DNA of 30,000 nucleotides from Tubulanus polymorphus (taxonomy: Eukaryota; Animalia; Nemertea): NCBI RefSeq assembly GCF_964204645.1, contig NW_027437490.1:1-30000 (forward strand), read 5' to 3'. Below the pieces are notes generated by a model. The model saw only the letters and a program-made list of their open reading frames with translations. It had not been told where the DNA came from and searched no databases. This document shows positions 23,590 to 30,000 of the stretch, piece after piece. How positions within the stretch are numbered: the stretch's first letter is position 1; each line of letters begins with the position of its first letter. The position numbers and the translations under genes are program-made.

Positions 23590-24012
23590 CTAATTAGTAA
23601 ACTTATAAGCAACAAATATAACAATAACTGTTCCACCTAAAATCCATATTATTTCATATTTCTGTTGTTCTTTACTTGGGGTATAATAATCTGATAATTT
23701 AGGTTTGTATAGATGTAATTTTTCTTTATTTGTTACTGCGTTATATAAACTCATTGCATCATCAACTGATTGAAAATCTCTATGTGAAATCTTCTGATCA
23801 TATAATTCTTTATTGATGTAATCCATATAGTTTTGTCTCTTTTCTCTATATTCTTCTGCAGCTTTATTGTATTTCTCTAACGCTAAGTTATGTCTTCTTT
23901 GTTCTCCTAATGAACTATTTTTATCAATATGTTTAAATAAATAACCACCACCAGTAAATGCTAAAGCGTTAACAATTGCTGATCCTATAATAGTTATAAT
24001 TGCAGAAGCCAT
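23590..24012 (-). CDS. 140-aa protein with hydrophobic N- and C-termini and a central coiled coil (EQRRHNLALE)
   Basis: MASAIITIIGSAIVNALAFTGGGYLF...; C-terminal IIWILGGTVIVIFVAYKF; TAAATG start. Confidence 0.8.
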   Translation of the reverse strand: MASAIITIIGSAIVNALAFTGGGYLFKHIDKNSSLGEQRRHNLALEKYNKAAEEYREKRQNYMDYINKELYDQKISHRDFQSVDDAMSLYNAVTNKEKLHLYKPKLSDYYTPSKEQQKYEIIWILGGTVIVIFVAYKFTN

Positions 24013-24032
24013 TTATTTAACAAAAAAAATTA
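24010..24032 (-). promoter_or_regulatory. Class A motif: TAA-T8-GTTAAA-TAAATG
   Basis: Exact 23-nt copy of the MCP upstream sequence. Confidence 0.65.
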
Positions 24033-24037
24033 TGCAT

Positions 24038-24259
24038 TTATATGGGAGGAATATATTTTTGTTTTTCCAAATAATCAATTGTTAAATTAGATAAAGTAAC
24101 TGCTAACGTTAACTTTAAAATATCATTTATATCAAATCTATCAACATTAACACTTCCCATTTTAAATACTTTTTTTAATACCATTGAATAACCAACCGTT
24201 CCAACTGATAGTAATGCGCCATTATATAATCCAGTTATTATCCATTTATTATCACTCAT
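24038..24259 (-). CDS. 73-aa small hydrophobic protein
   Basis: Two moderately hydrophobic segments; carries the conserved upstream motif and TAAATG start; fills the gene-dense array. Confidence 0.75.
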   Translation of the reverse strand: MSDNKWIITGLYNGALLSVGTVGYSMVLKKVFKMGSVNVDRFDINDILKLTLAVTLSNLTIDYLEKQKYIPPI

Positions 24260-24277
24260 TTATTTATCAAAAAATTA
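24257..24277 (-). promoter_or_regulatory. Class A motif: TAA-T6-GATAAA-TAAATG
   Basis: Read upstream of the ATG at 24259; lies ~45 bp from the upstream stop, so it is anchored to the ATG rather than the stop. Confidence 0.6.
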
Positions 24278-24323
24278 CTATCATCAAAATATTTAGTTAA
24301 CTTATTTATGATTAATTCAACAT

Positions 24324-24599
24324 TTATTTCATTACTACTTTTATGATTATCATATATTTTGGATAATATGTTTTTAATATCTTCAATAATTCCATCTTCA
24401 TTAATTCATAATATTCTAAAGGTGATTTAATTAAATCAATTACTTTTTCTATATTATACTTTTCTTTATCAATCATTGATGCATTGTTAAATGATTTACT
24501 TTTTATATCAGTAATTACATCATTTAGTTTAATTCTCATTTCTTTACCATGTTTAAAATCAAACCCAAAACATATACTCGGTCCAACAGTTATATTCAT
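24324..24599 (-). CDS. 91-aa hypothetical protein
   Basis: Co-oriented ORF with the conserved T-run/TAAATG upstream motif; no recognisable domain. Confidence 0.65.
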   Translation of the reverse strand: MNITVGPSICFGFDFKHGKEMRIKLNDVITDIKSKSFNNASMIDKEKYNIEKVIDLIKSPLEYYELMKMELLKILKTYYPKYMIIIKVVMK

Positions 24600-24619
24600 T
24601 TATATAGTGAAAAAAATTA
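24597..24619 (-). promoter_or_regulatory. Class A motif: TAA-T7-CACTATA-TAAATG
   Basis: Read directly upstream of the ATG at 24599. Confidence 0.6.
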
Positions 24620-25375
24620 CTCTTTACATCTTATAACTAATTCATAAATTACAGGGAAATTATTTAAATCAATTAAGTATCCATTATGATTTCTAATTTC
24701 TAATCTAAAATTATTAAAACTAGGAATGCATGGTTTGAAATCACATTCTGTTAAATTATAATTTATTTGCGTTCCAAATTCTTTAACATTTTTTAATGGT
24801 AAAATATTGAATATACTAGAATTACATGTTGTATCTTTAGTTGCTTCAAATGTTTTTGTTGGGTCAATTAAATTGCAATAAATATAAAAATGTGTAAAAG
24901 GTATTATATTTGAAGTACCTTCTACGTTTACTGTAACAACATCTGGTTCAATTCCTAGCAATTTAGCTATAGGTTTTTTTACCATAAATGCATGTTGACT
25001 TTCATCAAATACCTTTATTTTAATTCTATTTGAGCTATCACTTTTTATAAATCTTATTAAAAATTTATCATCTTTTCTAATTTTCAACCGTGCTCTACGA
25101 TTAATTTCTTGAGATAATGTTTCTAAATTATATAATCCTGGTCTTAGAAATAGATGAAACCATTTATTTATATTTCTAATATGAATTAAAAAAGTATTAT
25201 GTTCAATAGTTTTATTCGATATATTATAAAAAGAATTACATAGACTTATATTTATCAATTTCAAATCAACACAATTCTTGAATTCTCTATCTAATTGTAC
25301 TAGTAAATTATGTGATTTATAATTTGTAAGTTTTCTAGAATCAACAAATATTCTGTATTCTTTTAATTCTACCAT
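24617..25375 (-). CDS. Minor capsid protein (penton, single jelly-roll), 252 aa
   Basis: Penton-type motifs: N-terminal IFVDSR, SFYNI, PGLYNLETLSQEIN, AKLLGI, FYIYCNLI, and C-terminal LEIRNHNGYLIDLNNFPVIYELVI. Confidence 0.82.
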   Translation of the reverse strand: MVELKEYRIFVDSRKLTNYKSHNLLVQLDREFKNCVDLKLINISLCNSFYNISNKTIEHNTFLIHIRNINKWFHLFLRPGLYNLETLSQEINRRARLKIRKDDKFLIRFIKSDSSNRIKIKVFDESQHAFMVKKPIAKLLGIEPDVVTVNVEGTSNIIPFTHFYIYCNLIDPTKTFEATKDTTCNSSIFNILPLKNVKEFGTQINYNLTECDFKPCIPSFNNFRLEIRNHNGYLIDLNNFPVIYELVIRCKE

Positions 25376-25392
25376 TTATTTTACATATTTTC

Positions 25393-25734
25393 TTATTCGA
25401 AATCTATTTCATGGTGCCCTTTTTCATTCTTACCTTTGTATACGAAATAGAAATCTCCAGAACATAATTCTTCTAGATCTTCACTTGATAATCTATGAAA
25501 TCTATCTGGTAAATAAGTTCTGAATTTATATGTATTTCCTTTTAATCCTTCATATTCTAAGTGTATAACTAATTTATCTCCATATTTGTTAGTAACTGTA
25601 ACAATATTTGTAATCAAATATTTCTTGTGAATTGTTAATTCTGTTAACTTTTTGAATTTATAATCTACAGATTTTACATTTGTGGTATCTTTAATTCTAT
25701 CTAAGAATTCATTGTGTACTTGTTTACTCTCCAT
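25393..25734 (-). CDS. 113-aa protein, putative OB-fold single-stranded DNA-binding protein
   Basis: Pattern FKKLTEL..KKYLI..VTNKYGDKLVIHL..RTYLPDRF..YFVYKG is small, beta-rich and aromatic/basic; immediately downstream of pPolB. The function is inferred. Confidence 0.6.
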   Translation of the reverse strand: MESKQVHNEFLDRIKDTTNVKSVDYKFKKLTELTIHKKYLITNIVTVTNKYGDKLVIHLEYEGLKGNTYKFRTYLPDRFHRLSSEDLEELCSGDFYFVYKGKNEKGHHEIDFE

Positions 25735-25762
25735 TTATTATACAAATTTTTATTGAAATTGA
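25732..25762 (-). promoter_or_regulatory. Class B motif: TCAATTTCAATAAAAATTTGTATAATAAATG
   Basis: AATAAAAA core starts 20 nt before the ATG of the putative SSB gene. Confidence 0.5.
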
Positions 25763-28700
25763 TTAACACGTTAGAATCCTTTTCATAATCTCATTTTCTT
25801 TTGTATCTTCTCTTTTGAATTTTATATATTCATCTAAATTGCAACCATAGGCGACTGTGTGGATTCCATCATCTAAAATATATCTTTTATCATCAAATGG
25901 GTTTAGACTTATCTTCTCTATCTTTTCAATATACATTTCATGATCTTCAGATCTTAAACATTTCATTTTATGTTTAATAACTTCTTCATTAAATATACAA
26001 TTGATGTAATCTTTGAAATGAATATTCTTTTCTACTACACTTTTAGTAATTCCTTTTAACTTTTTAGCTTCATGTTCTTTAGTTTTATAACTATACATTT
26101 TAGATCTAATACCAATGAACTCTATCATTTCTTCACCACCTAATTCATCTTTAAACTTCCCTGGAACTTTTTTATTATCATTGCTAAACAATTCATGATT
26201 TTTTGGATAGTTACTAAAATCAAAATGGTATTTTAATATTTTTAAATCATCTTTTATATTATCACTTTTTATTTTTAATATATAACTGTCAGTATCTAGA
26301 TATAATATTTCTATATTTTTTTCTCCAAAATGGGGTTGTAATATGTTATAGTAAAATTTATACATCAATAGCTTTGATAACTCTAAAACCGATGCACCAA
26401 CATAAATTGGTTTATTAAATTTCATTGATGTTCTTCTCATTTTAACTGCAGCTAAATTTTCATCAAATATTCTGTTACCTATGAATTTCGGATACGATTG
26501 TAAATGTCTAATTCTTTTACCATTACTAACTAACTCAATATCATTTCTATTTCTAATATTTTCACAAGTCTTACCATAGAATGCATTATTCATTAGTTTG
26601 AAGAAATCTTTTTCAAAATCAGTTTTAGATTTAGTTCTCTGTGTAGTATTAAAATCTATATATTTTTCTAACCATTTAGATTGATTAAATGAAATATATC
26701 TATGTACTTTTTTTTATATCATTCCTTGATTCAAATAAAACTTCAACATTCTATAATGTACTATATAATTATATTTATCTTCTTGAGTCACCATTAACTT
26801 TTCAGTATGAATATGATTATCGGGTTTAATTCTTTTTTGATAATTTGATAATTCTTCATGTTTAACAGTTTTATGTTCGGGACAATATGCTAGATTTCTA
26901 GATTTGAATTTAATATTTTCAGGGTATTCTAAATCTACAACGAAGAAGTAACCAGTATCTGAATCATCTGCAATATCTAGAATTCTTTTCTTCCAATCAA
27001 ATTTATCAATTTGTAAAACTTCAGTTATTTCAAACATCCCATAAGGTTGTGGTTCCATCATTGCCCAACCATAAAGATTATTTGCATCTATGTATAATAA
27101 TTTATATCCAGGATTATCATTTACATTGAAATATCTATCACCCAATACACCTGAAACACCTCCTCTTATAGATTTTTCAAATAATAGTAATTGATCTATA
27201 TTTGTTAACAAATCCATTTTTATATCTGTAAATTTTAATCCACAATCCCATGTTAAACCTGGACTAGAATAACAATGACAAGGATCAATGTTAAAATATT
27301 TTAGGTTTACATCTCTAAACCTTTCGAATATATCGGTTAATAATAATACATCTGATTTTAAATATAAATCTACTAATTGTCCATGATTTTTAATTTCGAA
27401 ATGATTCCAAATATTCAATGTTCTATTATAGACTTCATCTTTAACATATTCATTTTTTAATTCATCATAGAATTGTTCTTTCAATAATTCAGTTATTTTA
27501 AAATCATTATGATTTTTATAGAAAGAATATGGAATTGCTCCTTTATATCTCATTAATTTAAAATCATCATAATTTGGGTAATATTCTTTTAATATCTTTA
27601 ATTCATCATCAACTAATGATTTTGATAAGTTATCTAATGAACTATTTAAAAATCTATATGAATCTATAAATCTTAGACAACCAAATTGGAATGATATATA
27701 ATTCTCAGATGTTTTAGCTAACATTCTAAATTTATAAGTTGGTATTTTATCTTTTGATCTATTTGAATTTAATATTTCTATTTCATTATTAATTTCTTCT
27801 ATTTTATAACATAGCTGTTTGATAAATAAATGTGCATCATATCCTGATCGATTATGAAATATAACTGGTACAAAATTAATTTTCTTAGCTTGTAAGTTAC
27901 AATTCTCATGTGCAGCGCCTCTAAACTTTCCATTCAAATGATCATGGTCTCTTACTTTTTTATCTTTATAATTAAATATCTTTTCACAATAATAACATTT
28001 ATCTGTAAACTCAAATATCTTCTTCTGTCATAATTATTTCTTTATTTGTATTCAATAATTTACTAAATCTTATTTCATATTCAATCAATAAGTCACAAAA
28101 ATGATTGATATCATTTTCATTTCTATAATTATAATATTCACTTTCAATTAGTTCTGGATAATCAGATTTAATATATAACCCGAAAGCTGCAGCTGATTGA
28201 TGAATCTTTTTAATAGTATTTGTTATTGGTGGTTCATCTGAAAAATCATTTTCATTAGAATTTAATTTCTTTCTTTTATAATATATATCTTTTCTATCTT
28301 TATCTGTTAATTCTTTATTTAATGATTCAAAATCTCCATATATTACAAATGGTACTTTATTTTTGTAATCATATTTTTTGAATTCTAATATTTTATCTTT
28401 TTCATTTGGTAAAACTAATTTACAATAATCATGATTATCACATAGTTGTTTATGATTTAATAATGCACCTTCAGTTCTGAATTTATGTAAACATTTTCTA
28501 CATAGATATATTTTATTATCAAAATCATTTTCTGATTTAAAAAATAAATCGATTTGTTTAAACCACATGTAATGATTTTCATAATATAGTATATCTATAA
28601 CATCGTTTGAATCATAATCTTTTGATAGATATAAAGGTTCTAATGTATAATGTTTAATATTATTTCCTTTTGTATTTGGTAATTTAATTAAATCAAATAC

Positions 28701-29789
28701 ATTTATCTTTAAATTATTATCTCTTTTTATTTTTGGAATATTTTTAATTCTAACAGGATACTTATCTATCTTATAATTATTTTCAAATGGTTTATAATGA
28801 GTTAATCTATAAGTATGTTTATTATAATCTTCAACTGGATGTAAACAACTTATTATAGCCCATAGAAAACATTTATCATCTTCATTTTGTATATTTATTA
28901 CAGCATTAGTTTTAAATGGTAGTTTAATATAACTCGATGCTTCAATATCTGGTTCTTTATAATATGATAAATTATTTTCATCTATTGGTTTTGATTTAGT
29001 TAACTTATTATATTTTGTGTTATAAACATGTAAAGTTATAAATATTATCTCATCAAATATTAAACCAGATCCTTCAAAATATTTCTCTTCTATTTTAGTT
29101 TTTATTTCATTATAACATTTATTTAATTTATCATCTATATGTTGTTTAGATATAATATGTTGTGAATGAGAATTTATATTATATATTGGTTTATCTTCAG
29201 ATTTTATAAACTTTACTTTAACTGATATACTTATTTTAGGATATTCAACATCTGTAATTATTTTTATTATTTCTTTCATATTTTCTAAATGTTTTTTATT
29301 TTCTTCTATTGTTTTACTTTTATGAAATTTAAACTCGATAGCTGCTGGACCAATATCACTTTTAAATGCTTCGGTTATCTCTATATCTTTTTTATTATCT
29401 AATGAATTAATATAATTTCTTACATCTTCTATATATGGTCTTTTATTGTTTAATTTATTTTTTATTCTTTTAATTGTCTTCTGTTTCTTATCGTTATCAT
29501 TATCAAAATAATCTTCACCTAAAATATCATTATTCTTATTTCTAATATGACTTATAGATTTTAAATGTTCTTTATAATATCTTTTATCACTGAATGATTG
29601 ATTACATGTATCACATTTATATGTTTCTTTTTCATTCTTTAATTCTTCTAATTTAGTTTCTAATATATCATCCTTATATTCTAGTTTCAATTTATTCTCT
29701 AAATGTGTTATAGTTTTATTGTGTCTTGCTTTTTGAGACTTGTCTATATCAATATTACATGTTGGGCAGTAGTATTTATTTGCTTCCAT
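25763..29789 (-). pseudogene. polB: Protein-primed family B DNA polymerase (~1340 aa), disrupted by a frameshift at ~28017 and an in-frame TAA at 26714-26716
   Basis: ExoI VIYGDFES, ExoII FHNRSGYD, ExoIII YLKSDV, motif A YIDANNLYG, motif B FFKLMNNAFYGK, motif C YLDTDS, plus KKLKGI and FDDKRY. The three track ORFs join: 26714-27937 and 25763-26593 are in frame (GMI*KKVHRYISFNQSKWLEKYIDFNT). The upstream piece needs a frameshift (MTEED / FEFTDKCYYCEK...VRDHDHLNGKFRGAAH). Confidence 0.95.
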
Positions 29790-29818
29790 TTTAATACTAT
29801 ATTTTTTATTAAAATTGA
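29787..29818 (-). promoter_or_regulatory. Class B motif: TCAATTTTAATAAAAAATATAGTATTAAAATG
   Basis: AATAAAAA core starts 21 nt before the pPolB ATG; TCAATTTYAATAAAAA is shared with the putative SSB gene. Confidence 0.5.
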
Positions 29819-30000
29819 TTTTAGAAGTTCAATGATTTAAATGTTATTCATATATATGTGAATATTTTAAGAGTAATAGGGTTTTAGTTGTTTCGGGTTA
29901 AAGGTTTAATGATCGAGTTCATTAATAACAAATATTAAAAGTAATTAAAAAACTATAATATATTTTCATAACCGCGTGTATTTCGGTTGAATAATAGAAT

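Larger units (their letters stand above)
17321..30000 (-). mobile_element. Endogenous Polinton/Maverick-like (adintovirus/PLV-type) dsDNA virus; left arm truncated by the satellite, probably continues past the right window edge
   Basis: Abrupt drop to roughly 20-25% GC (estimated by eye). Intronless genes mostly 16-32 bp apart. pPolB, major capsid, penton and A32-type ATPase occur together. No TIR or integrase seen in the window. Confidence 0.93.

Noticed and set aside
26714-28017. Programmed readthrough or frameshifting in pPolB
   Set aside because: No slippery heptamer or obvious stimulatory structure is present; simple mutation or sequencing error is more parsimonious.
29953-30000. Possible 3' end of another minus-strand gene (ILLFNRNTRGYENIL*) followed by a T6 run
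   Set aside because: Only 15 codons are visible at the window edge, too little to call.
29790-30000. Terminal inverted repeat or element end upstream of pPolB
   Set aside because: No AG/AGT-type terminal microsatellite, no inverted match to the left junction and no target-site duplication are visible.

Overview
The window has two parts. (1) Positions 1 to ~17320 are a tandem satellite array of about 146 copies of a 118-bp, CpG-rich monomer (~47% GC). It contains variant subfamilies, kb-scale higher-order duplications (offsets 3340, 3068 and 4012 bp) and a ~307-bp inversion present twice. All ORFs called in this part are artefacts of the repeat. (2) Positions ~17321-30000 are a very AT-rich, gene-dense endogenous Polinton/Maverick-like dsDNA virus. 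It encodes a protein-primed family B polymerase (zinc fingers, OTU-like protease and EndoVII-like domains; disrupted by one frameshift and one stop), a probable OB-fold protein, penton, double-jelly-roll major capsid protein, five adjacent membrane proteins, a zinc-finger protein and an A32/FtsK packaging ATPase whose 5' half is cut off by the satellite. The most striking observation is upstream of the genes. Ten of the 11 intact starts are TAAATG, and the upstream sequences fall into two position-fixed classes that resemble poxvirus late and intermediate promoters. This suggests a virophage-like element that uses the transcription machinery of a poxvirus-like helper; that interpretation is inference and was not tested. 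No integrase, maturation protease or terminal inverted repeat is visible in the window. Protein assignments rest on motif recognition only, with no database search.
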